From an uncultured delta proteobacterium (lineage in GTDB: Bacteria > Desulfobacterota > Desulfuromonadia > Geobacterales > DSM-12255), in assembly GCA_963787125.1 (NCBI GenBank), contig CAWBBV010000023.1:64001-128000 (forward strand): a DNA stretch of 64,000 bases, given 5' to 3'. Shown one piece after another: positions 49,692 to 59,882 of the stretch (its first letter is position 1; each line of letters starts with the position of its first letter). The notes beneath the pieces were generated by a model, which saw nothing but the letters and a program-made list of their open reading frames with translations, was not told where the DNA came from and made no database searches. The translations under genes and the position numbers were made by a program.

Positions 49692-51676
49692 ACCAGAGCG
49701 CCATTTTCACCATTCTTTTTGTCGCCGCTGCAGTGGTTTTTTGCGGAATTGCCTGGAAACGGCTTTCCCTCATTCGTCTCGGACAACCGGAAGACAGAAC
49801 TGATAACATCCCCGCCCGGATAAAAGAGATGCTCCTCTTTGCTTTCGGTCAGAAAAAAGTCCTGGCCCGACCCTTCGGCATCAATCATTTCATTATCTTC
49901 TGGTCTTTTTTGATCCTTGTCGCCGCCAACGCCGACTTCATTATCAGCGGCCTCTTCCCGGCCATCTCATTGCGTCTGCTCCACCCGGCGCTGCGCGGAC
50001 CGCTGCTGTTCATGTTTGACATTGTCTCGCTCTTGGCTCTGATTGCTGTCCTGGTCGCCAGCTGTCGCCGCTTCTTCTTTAAACTTGATACCGCCTATGT
50101 CAAGCGCCTCAGTTTCGAAGGGCTTTTGATTCTCACCTTCATTGCTCTCTTGATGGTCGCCTACTTCGGCCTCCATGGCGCCGAGATTGCCCTTGGTCAT
50201 GAGCCGCTGGCCGGCTGGATGCCCGTATCGTCCCTGGTTGCCGGCTGTTTCGGTTGCGGTGGCGGCTGCGCCAGTTGCGGTGTGCTTCCGTACCTTAACT
50301 TCTACTGGTGGCTGCACGCTCTGGTGTTGCTCGCCTTCATGATCTTCCTCCCCATCTCCAAGCATATGCATATTCTCACCGCCATCCCCAACTGTTTCTT
50401 CGGCGCCCTGGAAATCCCCAATACTCAGCCGCGGGAAGAGTTCGTCGTCGGCAACAGCTACGGTGTGGAAAAAGTAACCGATTTCAGTTGGAAAGATCTG
50501 CTCGACTCCTTCTCTTGCACCGAGTGCGGCCGTTGCCAGGAGGCATGCCCGGCCAACGCCACCAACAAGCCGCTTAACCCGCGTCAGGTTATCCATACGC
50601 TCAAGACCAATCTGCTGGCAAATGCAGCTGAGCTGAAAAGCGGCAGCAGTCCGAAAGTGCCACTCATAGGGGCAGAGGGTGAGGGGACAAATACTGAAGA
50701 AGCCATCTGGGCCTGCACCACCTGCGGTGCCTGCATGGAAGCCTGTCCTGTCCTCATCGAACAGATGCCGAAGATTATCAAGCTGCGCCGCTACCTGGTG
50801 GAGATGAAAAGCGAGTTTCCTGAGGAGCTCCTTAATCTTTTCGAGAATATGGAGCAGCGCTCCAACCCCTGGGGGATAGCCCCGACCGAGCGGACCAAAT
50901 GGTCCACCACCATGGAGGTGAAACCGTATCAGCCAGGGGAAACCGAATATCTCTTTTATATAGGCTGTGCCGGTACGTTTGATTCAAGGCAGAAGCATGT
51001 CACCGTCGCTTTGGCGACGGTCCTTGATGCTGCCGGCATCAGCTGGGGAGTTCTCGGCAAGGATGAGAAATGCTGCGGCGACAGTGCCCGCAGACTTGGC
51101 AATGAATACCTCTTTGACAAAATGGCCAAAGAGAACGTCGAACTGTTCAAGGCAAGAGGGGTTACCAAGATTATTACCCAGTGTCCCCACTGCTTCAGCA
51201 CGCTCAAGAATGATTACCGTCAGTACGGTTTGGAAATTGAAGTCATTCACCACGCCCAACTGCTTAAAAAACTGCTGCTTGATGGCAGAATCAAGCCAAA
51301 CAGGGCAGTAAAAGAGCTCGGAAGCGTCATTTTTCATGACTCTTGCTACCTTGGCCGCCACAACGGCATCTACGATCAGCCGCGGGAGATCATTGCTGCT
51401 GTTACAGGAGAACAGCCGCAAGAGTTTGGCCGCAATCGTGAAAATGCTTTTTGCTGCGGCGCCGGTGGTGGCCGGATGTGGATGGAGGAGCATACCGGTG
51501 AGCGGATCAATATTGCCAGGGTAACTGAAGCTCTGGAGAAAAAGCCGGACACGATCTGTGTTGCCTGCCCTTACTGCATGACCATGTTTGAAGACGGGGT
51601 CAAAGATAAGGGGGCGGCAAATGTGCGAATCAGGGATATCGCCGAGGTTGTGGCTGAGGGACTGAAGCCGGTGTAG
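49688..51676 (+). CDS. Membrane Fe-S oxidoreductase (ETF:menaquinone oxidoreductase/FadF/HdrD-like)
   Basis: TM N-terminus with His residues, CTECGRCQEACP, CTTCGACMEACP, two CCG domains. Confidence 0.88.
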   Translation: MNQSAIFTILFVAAAVVFCGIAWKRLSLIRLGQPEDRTDNIPARIKEMLLFAFGQKKVLARPFGINHFIIFWSFLILVAANADFIISGLFPAISLRLLHPALRGPLLFMFDIVSLLALIAVLVASCRRFFFKLDTAYVKRLSFEGLLILTFIALLMVAYFGLHGAEIALGHEPLAGWMPVSSLVAGCFGCGGGCASCGVLPYLNFYWWLHALVLLAFMIFLPISKHMHILTAIPNCFFGALEIPNTQPREEFVVGNSYGVEKVTDFSWKDLLDSFSCTECGRCQEACPANATNKPLNPRQVIHTLKTNLLANAAELKSGSSPKVPLIGAEGEGTNTEEAIWACTTCGACMEACPVLIEQMPKIIKLRRYLVEMKSEFPEELLNLFENMEQRSNPWGIAPTERTKWSTTMEVKPYQPGETEYLFYIGCAGTFDSRQKHVTVALATVLDAAGISWGVLGKDEKCCGDSARRLGNEYLFDKMAKENVELFKARGVTKIITQCPHCFSTLKNDYRQYGLEIEVIHHAQLLKKLLLDGRIKPNRAVKELGSVIFHDSCYLGRHNGIYDQPREIIAAVTGEQPQEFGRNRENAFCCGAGGGRMWMEEHTGERINIARVTEALEKKPDTICVACPYCMTMFEDGVKDKGAANVRIRDIAEVVAEGLKPV

Positions 51677-51695
51677 TGATGGTATGACAGAGCAT

Positions 51696-51731
51696 AAAAA
51701 AGGCGGACCGCTTTGAGGTCCGCCTTTTTTT
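51696..51731. terminator. Bidirectional rho-independent terminator
   Basis: AAAAAAGGCGGACC...GGTCCGCCTTTTTTT between convergent genes. Confidence 0.85.
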
Positions 51732-51809
51732 ATCTGCTGATGCGAGTCAGCCGGTAAAGTTGTGCCTGGTTTGTCTGCTTGTTAAAAAACTTTTTTGAAC
51801 AACGAATCG

Positions 51810-52760
51810 TTACACATGATTGCGCAGCATCAGCTCTGCCGGATGCGGTGACAGATAGACCTGGCCCTGGAGATACTGCTGATTGTATTTTTTGACGTAG
51901 TGCCGCAGCAGGGTTAACGGCACAATCAGCGGCACCAGGTGGTCGTGATAACTGGTAATGATCTCAAGCAGTTCTGCCTTTTCAGGAGCAGTAAGCTCTT
52001 TCTTGAAATAGCCCATGATATGCTGTAGCACGTTGGTGTTTTTCCTGGCAGTGGCAGGTAGCGCCAGACCGGTCATGTACAGCTCCTCGTAACGGCCGAA
52101 AAGTTCCTGGCTGCCGAGCTCTTTGCCGTGTGCAACCAGAACCCCCATTTCACGATAGTGCTTCGGACTGTGAGCCATCAGCAGAAGTTTCTGACTGGTG
52201 TGAAAAACCACCAAGCGGCCAAGATCGGGTGCATCGCTCATAAAATTCTGCCAGCGACGGTAGCTGAAGACTCGTTCGATAAAGTTTTCTCGTAAGGCCG
52301 CATCAAACAGTCGCCCCTCCTCTTCCACCGGCAGGAGCGGAAAGCGCCGGGCAAAGACGTGGGCAAAAAGACCGCTGCCGGTTTTCTTCGGCACGCCGTT
52401 TTCATCATAGACCTTCACCCTGAAAAGCCCGGAGCTGGGAGAGTCTTTTTTGAAGATAAAGCCGCAGAGTCCGGCCTGTTCCAGGTCAGCCAGCTTTGTG
52501 CGGCAAAATGAGAGCATCTGCTCGGTTTTGTCGATCCGGGTCAGGCGGGTCATCAGCCGTGGGGAGGTCGGATCGCCTTCAAGCCGCATCGCTTCCCGGG
52601 GTGTCGGCATGCCGGATTCAACCTCAGGGCAGACCGGCACGAACGTGAAGAATCTGCCGAGGGTGTCGGTGATATAATGGTCGTGTTTATGCCCGCCGTC
52701 ATAGCGGACTTTTTCTCCCAGAAGGCAGGCACTGACTCCAACTTTTATGATTTCGTTCAT
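51810..52760 (-). CDS. ybgA: YbgA-family protein (DUF523+DUF1722)
   Basis: GVSACLLGEKVRYDGGH, VCPE, SPSSG, EEEGRL, HIMGYFK, LRNHV. Confidence 0.9.
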   Translation of the reverse strand: MNEIIKVGVSACLLGEKVRYDGGHKHDHYITDTLGRFFTFVPVCPEVESGMPTPREAMRLEGDPTSPRLMTRLTRIDKTEQMLSFCRTKLADLEQAGLCGFIFKKDSPSSGLFRVKVYDENGVPKKTGSGLFAHVFARRFPLLPVEEEGRLFDAALRENFIERVFSYRRWQNFMSDAPDLGRLVVFHTSQKLLLMAHSPKHYREMGVLVAHGKELGSQELFGRYEELYMTGLALPATARKNTNVLQHIMGYFKKELTAPEKAELLEIITSYHDHLVPLIVPLTLLRHYVKKYNQQYLQGQVYLSPHPAELMLRNHV

Positions 52761-52859
52761 GAATCTCCCGATGAAAATAAAAACAATTACTACAATAAAT
52801 ACCATGGTCTGCTATAAATACAACTATCAACAACGTCAGTTGTACCGGAGTCTGCCCGT

Positions 52860-53309
52860 ATGCGCATCAAGGCTGAGAAATTAATTATTGGGGGAGCTTT
52901 GTCCTCCCTGCTGGTAGCCTGTGCCGGTGATCGGCCCAATAATCTCGGCGCGAAAAACGGCCTTTTGGCGCTCTGTCCGGCATCTCCAAACTGCGTATCC
53001 AGTCAGGTCAGGGAGGAACGACACGCCATCGTCCCTTTTGTCTGCAACGGTGACCCTGTTAACGCTTTTGCCCGTCTGGGGCAGATGCTCAAGAGTCGGC
53101 GAGATACAAAGGTCGTCGAAGAGTCCAGCGGTTATCTGCGGGTCGAGTTCCATACGACCCTGTTTGTTGATGACGGCGAGTTTTTGCTTGATCGTGAACA
53201 TAACGTCATTCATATCCGCTCCGCTTCGAGACTCGGTTATTCGGATCTGGGCAAGAACAGAAGCCGGCTGGAAGAGATTCGCCTTGAGTTCGCAAAAAAA
53301 GGGGGGTAG
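52860..53309 (+). CDS. DUF1499 lipoprotein
   Basis: LVAC lipobox, CPASPNCVSS, FVDD, RSASRLGYSDLGKNR. Confidence 0.88.
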   Translation: MRIKAEKLIIGGALSSLLVACAGDRPNNLGAKNGLLALCPASPNCVSSQVREERHAIVPFVCNGDPVNAFARLGQMLKSRRDTKVVEESSGYLRVEFHTTLFVDDGEFLLDREHNVIHIRSASRLGYSDLGKNRSRLEEIRLEFAKKGG

Positions 53310-53311
53310 GG

Positions 53312-53866
53312 ATGCTCAAACTGACTTTGCCGGTAGTGATTGTTATTTCTCTTGGGCTGGCAGCCAGCTTGTGCCGGCCTGTTGCTGCTGCGTCGGCTAC
53401 TCCAGTGGTGCAGACGGCTCCCACGGTCGATTTGGGAAAATATATGGGTTCCTGGTATGAAATTTCCCGTCTGGAACACCATTTTCAGAAGAACTGTGTT
53501 GGCAGCAGCGCCGAATATAAGTTGCGCAGTGATGGCGAGGTTGACGTCATCAATAGCTGTATTGATGAAAAAACCGGCAGCAAGCGAGAAGCTAAGGGGC
53601 GCGCCTGGTCGATTGATCCGGTCAATAACGCCAGGCTCAAGGTTTCGTTTTTCTGGCCGTTCCGGGGTGATTACTGGATCATTGAACTCGGTGAAAACTA
53701 CGAATACAGTGTTGTCGGCTCCCCTGATCGCACATATCTCTGGATTCTTGGCCGCGAGCCTTTTATGGCAGAGTCCGTCTACAGGAGTATAATCGAGCGT
53801 CTGGATCGCCAGGGATTTCCCGTTGAAAACCTTGTCCGCCGCCCGCTGAAGAAGAGTGAAGGCTAA
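53312..53866 (+). CDS. Bacterial lipocalin (Blc family)
   Basis: YMGSWYEISR, LKVSFFWPF, YLWILGR. Confidence 0.9.
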   Translation: MLKLTLPVVIVISLGLAASLCRPVAAASATPVVQTAPTVDLGKYMGSWYEISRLEHHFQKNCVGSSAEYKLRSDGEVDVINSCIDEKTGSKREAKGRAWSIDPVNNARLKVSFFWPFRGDYWIIELGENYEYSVVGSPDRTYLWILGREPFMAESVYRSIIERLDRQGFPVENLVRRPLKKSEG

Positions 53867-53903
53867 CTGTTGCTTTACAGGTAAAAAAATCGTAAAGGGA
53901 ATT

Positions 53904-54812
53904 ATGCGTTTCGGCCTTTGCTGTCTATTCAAAAACGAGCCGGTCACTTTCCGCACCACGACCGCAAAAGCCCTCTCCACCATCCGGCGTAGCGAGCAGT
54001 TAGTCAAGCTCTCCGGAATATGTGTTCACAACGCCGCCAATCTGCTGCTGGCTCTTGAGACGGTTAACCGTCTGGGAATCGGCGCTTTCCGCATCATGTC
54101 GCCGCTTTTTCCGCGGATGACCCACCCTGATGTCGGCTATCAGCTGACTGAGCTTCCGGACGGCGCGCATATAACAGCGCTGCTGGAGTCGATCCGCACC
54201 TTTGCATTGCAGCAGAATATTCGCCTCAGTTTTCACCCTGATCAGTTCGTTGTCCTCTCTTCGCCCCATGCCCATGTGGTGGAGAACTCTATCAGGGAGC
54301 TGGAATATCAGGGGATGCTGGCCGAAGCTGTCGGCGCCGAAGTTATCAATGTTCATGGCGGGGGAGTCTATGGCGACAAGCAGGCCGCGCTGGAGCGTTT
54401 TTGCGGCGTCTGGCCGCATCTGCCGGTTGCTGTTCGCCAAAAGCTGACACTTGAAAATGATGATGTCAGTTATACGGTCAGGGATCTGCTCCCGGTGTGT
54501 GAAAAGTTGACAATCCCGCTGGTTTACGATGTCCACCACCATCGCTGTCTGCCGGACGGATTGAGCGAAGTTGAGGCGACTCGATTGGCAGGGGACAGTT
54601 GGCGGGCTGTTGGCAGGGAACAGTATTGCCACCTGTCGTCTCCCAGAAATGGCTGGGGGAGCAGTGATCCGAAGCCTCATGCTGATTATATCGACCGGGC
54701 GGATTTGCCGGACTGCTGGCTCGGACAGGTTATGACCGTCGATCTGGAGGCCAAGGCCAAGGAGCTTGCTGTGTTAAAACTGATGCATTGTCTGCAGGTA
54801 AACCCGGTGTAA
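53904..54812 (+). CDS. uvsE: UV damage endonuclease
   Basis: SFHPDQF, HGGGVYGDK, LENDD, YDVHHH, PHAD, EAKAKE. Confidence 0.93.
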   Translation: MRFGLCCLFKNEPVTFRTTTAKALSTIRRSEQLVKLSGICVHNAANLLLALETVNRLGIGAFRIMSPLFPRMTHPDVGYQLTELPDGAHITALLESIRTFALQQNIRLSFHPDQFVVLSSPHAHVVENSIRELEYQGMLAEAVGAEVINVHGGGVYGDKQAALERFCGVWPHLPVAVRQKLTLENDDVSYTVRDLLPVCEKLTIPLVYDVHHHRCLPDGLSEVEATRLAGDSWRAVGREQYCHLSSPRNGWGSSDPKPHADYIDRADLPDCWLGQVMTVDLEAKAKELAVLKLMHCLQVNPV

Positions 54813-54815
54813 GTT

Positions 54816-55421
54816 CTAAGTATCCTGCCCTTTTCTGACTGCAATCCTGACTACACCTTTCTTCAGACTCACTCCGGCACTCTTCTGGTAGACGCTTGCA
54901 AGAAAACTGATCGTGACTATTTTGTGAAGATATGCCTGGGTGAGCCGATAGAGCCACTTTCGAAAGAGTGACGGCTGACTGTTCCCCAGAAGGAGCGGAC
55001 AGTAGTCGGATAGTTTCAGTGTTACCCTGCAGCCGGTTTCAACCGTTTCGACCATGAAATCCAGCTGCCCCCGGTTACACTCTTGCGGCTGCACCAGAAA
55101 TCCTCCCGAAATCAGGAGTGATGTCTTTTCGCCATTATCAGTTTCTGCGGTAACGGGGGGTAAAAACTTAATGAGTGAGATAGAGCTCCCTGCAAGGCGG
55201 AATTCGAGACCGGCAGCATTTTCTACTGATCGGAACAGTCCGAAAGTGAGCCGCTGGATGTAATCGAGGTAAAGCTGCAGCAGCCTTGCAGAGTTCAGTC
55301 CATGCGGTATTCCGGGAGGGATGACTATCCACTGGATGGAAAATACGGAATGATCTTTCTCCAGGATCTGCTGGCAGGCAATTCGGTCAGTATCTATTGC
55401 AGGGATTGTGTCTGGGGCCAT
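54816..55421 (-). CDS. Hypothetical protein
   Basis: 201-aa ORF divergent from the NAD(P)H-binding gene. Confidence 0.6.
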   Translation of the reverse strand: MAPDTIPAIDTDRIACQQILEKDHSVFSIQWIVIPPGIPHGLNSARLLQLYLDYIQRLTFGLFRSVENAAGLEFRLAGSSISLIKFLPPVTAETDNGEKTSLLISGGFLVQPQECNRGQLDFMVETVETGCRVTLKLSDYCPLLLGNSQPSLFRKWLYRLTQAYLHKIVTISFLASVYQKSAGVSLKKGVVRIAVRKGQDT

Positions 55422-55516
55422 TTTCTAATTCTACCACCGATTGGCCGTTATGTCGTGCAGCTTGTAACTTGCCTGATTTTTGCTACTATAGACTCTGGCT
55501 ATCCAAAGGAGAAATC

Positions 55517-56422
55517 ATGGCGGGAAAGGTTCTGATAACTGGCGCATCTGGTTTTATCGGCCAGAGACTGACAAAGGCTCTCCTTGCCGACGGGGCGGAT
55601 GTCCGCTGTCTCATGAGGCGTTCTGCTCCGCTGCCGGCAGGAGCGGAGGCGATCAGCGGCGATCTGCTGGCGCCTGATACTCTCCCGGCGGCGATGGCAG
55701 GGGTTGATACGGCATACTACCTTGTTCACTCCATGGCTGGCGGTCGGGCAGGTTTTGAAGCCAGAGATCGTGCCGCGGCCGTTAACTTTTCCAGGGCCGC
55801 CGCAACTGCCGGAGTGAGGCGGGTTATCTATCTTGGCGGTCTTGGTGAGACCGGTGGCGAGCTGTCCGAGCACCTTAAAAGTCGGCTTGAAGTCGGCGCC
55901 ATCCTCAGTGCAGCCCCCTTTGCCACCACTTTTTTGCGGGCGGCAGTGATTTTCGGTGCCGGCGGCGCATCTTACGAAATGATTCATGCCCTGGTAAAGC
56001 ATCTGCCGATTATGATCACTCCCAGGTGGGTCAGTACCAAGTGCCAGCCCATTGCTGTCGGCGATGTTATCAACTACCTGGTCGGTTGCCTCCATGAAGA
56101 GCGCACCGCTGGCGGGACGTTCGATATCGGCGGTCCGGAAATCCTGACCTACCGGGAGATGATGGAGCGGTTTGCCGCCACTGAAGGGAGAAAACTTTTT
56201 ATTATTCCGGTGCCGGTTTTGACACCGAAACTCTCATCTTACTGGGTCGGATTTATTACCCCTATAAAACCCTCCATCGCCATGCCCCTCATCGAAGGGC
56301 TGGCCAATGAGGTAATTTGCCAGAATTCAAGTATCCGTGAACTGTTGCCGTTTCGACTGACCCCCTATGATGAGGCGGTAAGAATAGCTCTGACTGAAGA
56401 GAAAGAACTCAAACGGAGGTAA
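55517..56422 (+). CDS. NAD(P)-binding SDR-like protein (YbjT-like)
   Basis: TGASGFIG, YYLVHSM, LSEHLKSR. Confidence 0.88.
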   Translation: MAGKVLITGASGFIGQRLTKALLADGADVRCLMRRSAPLPAGAEAISGDLLAPDTLPAAMAGVDTAYYLVHSMAGGRAGFEARDRAAAVNFSRAAATAGVRRVIYLGGLGETGGELSEHLKSRLEVGAILSAAPFATTFLRAAVIFGAGGASYEMIHALVKHLPIMITPRWVSTKCQPIAVGDVINYLVGCLHEERTAGGTFDIGGPEILTYREMMERFAATEGRKLFIIPVPVLTPKLSSYWVGFITPIKPSIAMPLIEGLANEVICQNSSIRELLPFRLTPYDEAVRIALTEEKELKRR

Positions 56423-56427
56423 TATTC

Positions 56428-57333
56428 ATGTCTACCCGGAAAATAGCTAAAGTATTTAAGAGTGTGCCGACAATAGAAGGGGCCGGGGTTCACCTCAAGC
56501 GGGGTTTCGGCTATCATCAGCTTCCCCTTTTTGACCCATTCCTGATGCTTGATGATTTTCATACCTCAAAACCTGAAGAGTATCTGGCCGGTTTTCCCTG
56601 GCATCCCCACCGGGGGATCGAGACCATTACCTATATTCTTGAAGGGAAGGTTGAGCATGGCGACAGTATGGGCAACAAAGGGGTTATCGGTGCCGGCGAT
56701 GTGCAGTGGATGACTGCCGGCAGCGGCATTATCCATCAGGAGATGCCGCAGATCAGCCCCAGCGGGACAATGTGGGGCTTTCAGTTCTGGGCCAATCTGC
56801 CTGCCGGCCAGAAGATGATGCCGCCTCGCTACCGTGATCTGCCGGCAGCCTCTATTCCGGAAGTCATTCTGGCTTCCGGGGCGAAGGTGAAACTGGTCAG
56901 TGGCACGCTTAACGGAGTGACCGGACCGGTGAGAGACATAGTCATTGAGCCTGAATTGATGGACGTTACCGTCCCTGCCGGAACTGTTTTTGAGCACAGG
57001 ATCAGTCATGGCCACACGGCAATCACCTATGTCCTGTCCGGTTGCGGTCGGTTCGACGAAAGCCATGATCCGTACTCCTACGATTACTCCGGTTCCGGTT
57101 GGATGGATCTTGATAGAAACTGCTCATTTGGTCCGGAAACGGTTGTGCTTTATGAACGGGATGGGGAGATTATCAGGGTGACTGCCGGAGGTGACGGGGT
57201 ACGTTTTCTGCTTCTGGCCGGAAAACCTTTGGGCGAGCCAATAGCCTGGCAGGGACCGATTGTCATGAACAGCCGCGAAGAGTTGCGGGTTGCTTTTGAA
57301 GAGTACAACAACGGGACATTTATCAAGGCGTAA
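56428..57333 (+). CDS. Pirin family protein
   Basis: DPFLMLD, HPHRGIET, QWMTAGSGIIHQE, GPIVMN. Confidence 0.93.
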   Translation: MSTRKIAKVFKSVPTIEGAGVHLKRGFGYHQLPLFDPFLMLDDFHTSKPEEYLAGFPWHPHRGIETITYILEGKVEHGDSMGNKGVIGAGDVQWMTAGSGIIHQEMPQISPSGTMWGFQFWANLPAGQKMMPPRYRDLPAASIPEVILASGAKVKLVSGTLNGVTGPVRDIVIEPELMDVTVPAGTVFEHRISHGHTAITYVLSGCGRFDESHDPYSYDYSGSGWMDLDRNCSFGPETVVLYERDGEIIRVTAGGDGVRFLLLAGKPLGEPIAWQGPIVMNSREELRVAFEEYNNGTFIKA

Positions 57334-57355
57334 CTGTCGTTCAAGGATTTTAAAA

Positions 57356-58135
57356 ATGGCAAAATTGCATCGTTTTTCCCGTACCGAAATTCTTATCGGC
57401 TCCGCTGGTCTGGAACTTCTCAAAAACTCAGCTGTGGCGATCATCGGTCTTGGCGGAGTCGGCGCTTATGCGGCTGAAGCCCTCTGCCGTGCCGGTATCG
57501 GCAGACTGGGGCTGGTTGATTTCGATGATATCTGCCTCACCAATGTTAACCGTCAGCTGCATGCCATGGACGGCACCGTCGGCAAGGTCAAAGTGAACGT
57601 CATGGCGGAGCGGCTGAACCTGATCAATCCCGCCGCCGAAATCGTCCCTTACAAGGATTTCTATGCAGCGGAGAACAGCGATTTTCTCCTCTCGCAGGGG
57701 TACGATTACGTGGTTGACGCCATCGATCATTTCACCAGTAAACTCCATCTTATCAGCAGTTGCCGGGAACGGCAGCTGCCGATCATCGCCAGCATGGGGG
57801 CGGCGGCCAAGCTGGATCCGACTCAAATCCAGGTGGCGGACATTTCTGCCACTCATGGCTGCCGGATGGCGCGCTCAATGCGTAAACTGCTGAAAAAAAG
57901 GGGGATTATTTCCGGGGTGAAAGTGGTCTTTTCCACCGAAGGGTTTCGGGAACCGGCAATGAAGGACGCAGGTTGCAAAGGTGACTGCATCTGCCCCAAT
58001 AAAGACGAGCAGCAGTTTTCCTGTGAACACCGGCGGGTAATTCTTGGGAGTATCTCCTACCTTCCCGGTATCTTCGGGCTCACCATGGCTGGAGTAGTGG
58101 TAAATGATCTGTTGGATGCGCGAGCGGTTGTTTAG
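57356..58135 (+). CDS. tcdA: tRNA threonylcarbamoyladenosine dehydratase (ThiF family)
   Basis: GLGGVG, TNVNRQ, DAID, SMGAA.KLDP, VVFSTE. Confidence 0.88.
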   Translation: MAKLHRFSRTEILIGSAGLELLKNSAVAIIGLGGVGAYAAEALCRAGIGRLGLVDFDDICLTNVNRQLHAMDGTVGKVKVNVMAERLNLINPAAEIVPYKDFYAAENSDFLLSQGYDYVVDAIDHFTSKLHLISSCRERQLPIIASMGAAAKLDPTQIQVADISATHGCRMARSMRKLLKKRGIISGVKVVFSTEGFREPAMKDAGCKGDCICPNKDEQQFSCEHRRVILGSISYLPGIFGLTMAGVVVNDLLDARAVV

Positions 58136-58593
58136 GCTGGACCGCTGCCCAGAAGCCTAAGGATGGCCTCTCTCCGGAAGGTAAAAATTTTCTCAAGCTG
58201 TCGTCGCACCAGCGGATATGCAAACTCTCCCAGCGGCTGTGACGGCAGAGAATAGGTGACGTCGTCATCGATGACGGTCTGCCCTTCACCAACGGTTCTA
58301 AACGTGTGTCGATGGATCCATTCCGCGTATGGCCCCTCTATCTGCCGGTCAACAAACATATGTGGCGGTTGCCAGGCGGAAATTTCTGTTTTCCAGGTAA
58401 AGGGGACGCCAAAGAGGCTCAAACTGAAGTCTATAGTCGTCCCCGTGTTCATCTCGATCGGCAGGGGCGTGAGAATGGCAAAATTCAACTCAGGCGGCGT
58501 TATCTGCTGCAGGTGCCCGACATCGGCAAAGAAGTTGAAAACGTCCTGTTGCGGCAGCGGCATTTCTACGGAATAGTGCAGGTTGTGCTTCAA
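58132..58593 (-). CDS. SRPBCC family protein
   Basis: ITPP, FVDRQIEGPY, WIHRH, IFTFR. Confidence 0.85.
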   Translation of the reverse strand: MKHNLHYSVEMPLPQQDVFNFFADVGHLQQITPPELNFAILTPLPIEMNTGTTIDFSLSLFGVPFTWKTEISAWQPPHMFVDRQIEGPYAEWIHRHTFRTVGEGQTVIDDDVTYSLPSQPLGEFAYPLVRRQLEKIFTFRREAILRLLGSGPA

Positions 58594-58629
58594 AGTAAAG
58601 CTCCTTTGAGGCTATGATACTTACTCCAA

Positions 58630-58998
58630 TTACCTCACCTCATGAGGCCTGACGGTCCAGACCTTTATCCCTTCCTGCCCGGCAACCGTCCGTAATCTCT
58701 TGGCAAAACGTTCATCCCCTTTTTCCCGCATGATCAGGACGATGCCCGGTTTCTTGCCGGTCATTTTGGCATAGAAGAGTGACTGACCGATAGCTTCGGC
58801 CCATTTATGGGCGTATTCAACTTCCACGGCGTATTCACTTGTCAGACAGTCCACTCTGGTGCCGTCGCTGAGGCGATATTCAAGTTCCCCATTATGCTTA
58901 TCACACCAGTAGCGCTGATAATCTTTTTCGTGAAGCTGCTTATTGCCGAAACAGCCGGAAATAAGAGCCATTGCAATGAGAAGCAGGAAGAGTTTCAC
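58630..58998 (-). CDS. Lipoprotein with restriction-endonuclease-like motif
   Basis: LISGC lipobox; RVD...AVEVE...AIGQSLFY. Confidence 0.6.
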   Translation of the reverse strand: MKLFLLLIAMALISGCFGNKQLHEKDYQRYWCDKHNGELEYRLSDGTRVDCLTSEYAVEVEYAHKWAEAIGQSLFYAKMTGKKPGIVLIMREKGDERFAKRLRTVAGQEGIKVWTVRPHEVR

Positions 58999-59882
58999 GC
59001 TTTATCTACAGCACATATGCCGTTTACCGGGCAGAGATTGCAGCGCTGGGAATGGACACCGCTGCACCCCTCCGAAATGCCGAGATGACAGATTGAAAAG
59101 TCGTATCTGACCGGATCTTCAGGGGATAGATTCCTAAGCGCTGCAGTTATCTCACAGGCCATCTTCCAGTCTGCGTGCTTTCTGGCAGTGAAACCCAGAA
59201 GTCCGCAGATGCGCTGAATATGAGCATCAACAGGAATTACCAGCCTGGAAGAAGGTATCTGCTGCCAGATGCCCAGATCGATGCCGTCTTGAGGGCGCAC
59301 CATCCAGCGAAGGTACATGCAGAGCCGTTTACAGGCGCTTCCCGAGGCGGGGGAGGGGAAGAGAAAGCTGAAGTATGAATTTTCCGGCGGGGACGGACTT
59401 CCGAAAACAGGGGTGTAATCGAACGCCAGCACTGCTGCGGTAAACTTTGCCAGCGCACCGCTGACATCATTTTCCTGAGAATCGTAGCCGTTGCTGAAGA
59501 AGCTCTCAATCGAGCCCGCCTCCCTGAGCATCAGGCTGATTGCATAGAACAGGGCACAGAGGTCACGACCATCGTTGAAGCGATGCTTGAAGCCGGCGAA
59601 GAGTTTCAAGCCGTTGTCCGGATCAAAGCCTGCTGCAAAGGCGCGGGGCGAGGCATCCATAAGACTGAAAATGCTTTCCAGGTTGCGAAGGATGATCTTT
59701 ACATTGCCGTAGGCAAATGAGGAGGCGATGAGCCCCGCAATCTCCTGATCTTCCGGGTTCTTAAAGCGGTGGCAAAATGATAGGGGGTCGTTGGCCAGAT
59801 GGGATTGAGAGCGTGTTTCGTAGAGTCTGTCCAGCGTGACTTTCAGGTTATTACTGATTCCTGACTCCTGATCCCTGATCAC
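58995..59882 (-). CDS. TIGR02757 family protein
   Basis: [37 protein letters not shown]. Confidence 0.9.
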   Translation of the reverse strand: MIRDQESGISNNLKVTLDRLYETRSQSHLANDPLSFCHRFKNPEDQEIAGLIASSFAYGNVKIILRNLESIFSLMDASPRAFAAGFDPDNGLKLFAGFKHRFNDGRDLCALFYAISLMLREAGSIESFFSNGYDSQENDVSGALAKFTAAVLAFDYTPVFGSPSPPENSYFSFLFPSPASGSACKRLCMYLRWMVRPQDGIDLGIWQQIPSSRLVIPVDAHIQRICGLLGFTARKHADWKMACEITAALRNLSPEDPVRYDFSICHLGISEGCSGVHSQRCNLCPVNGICAVDKA

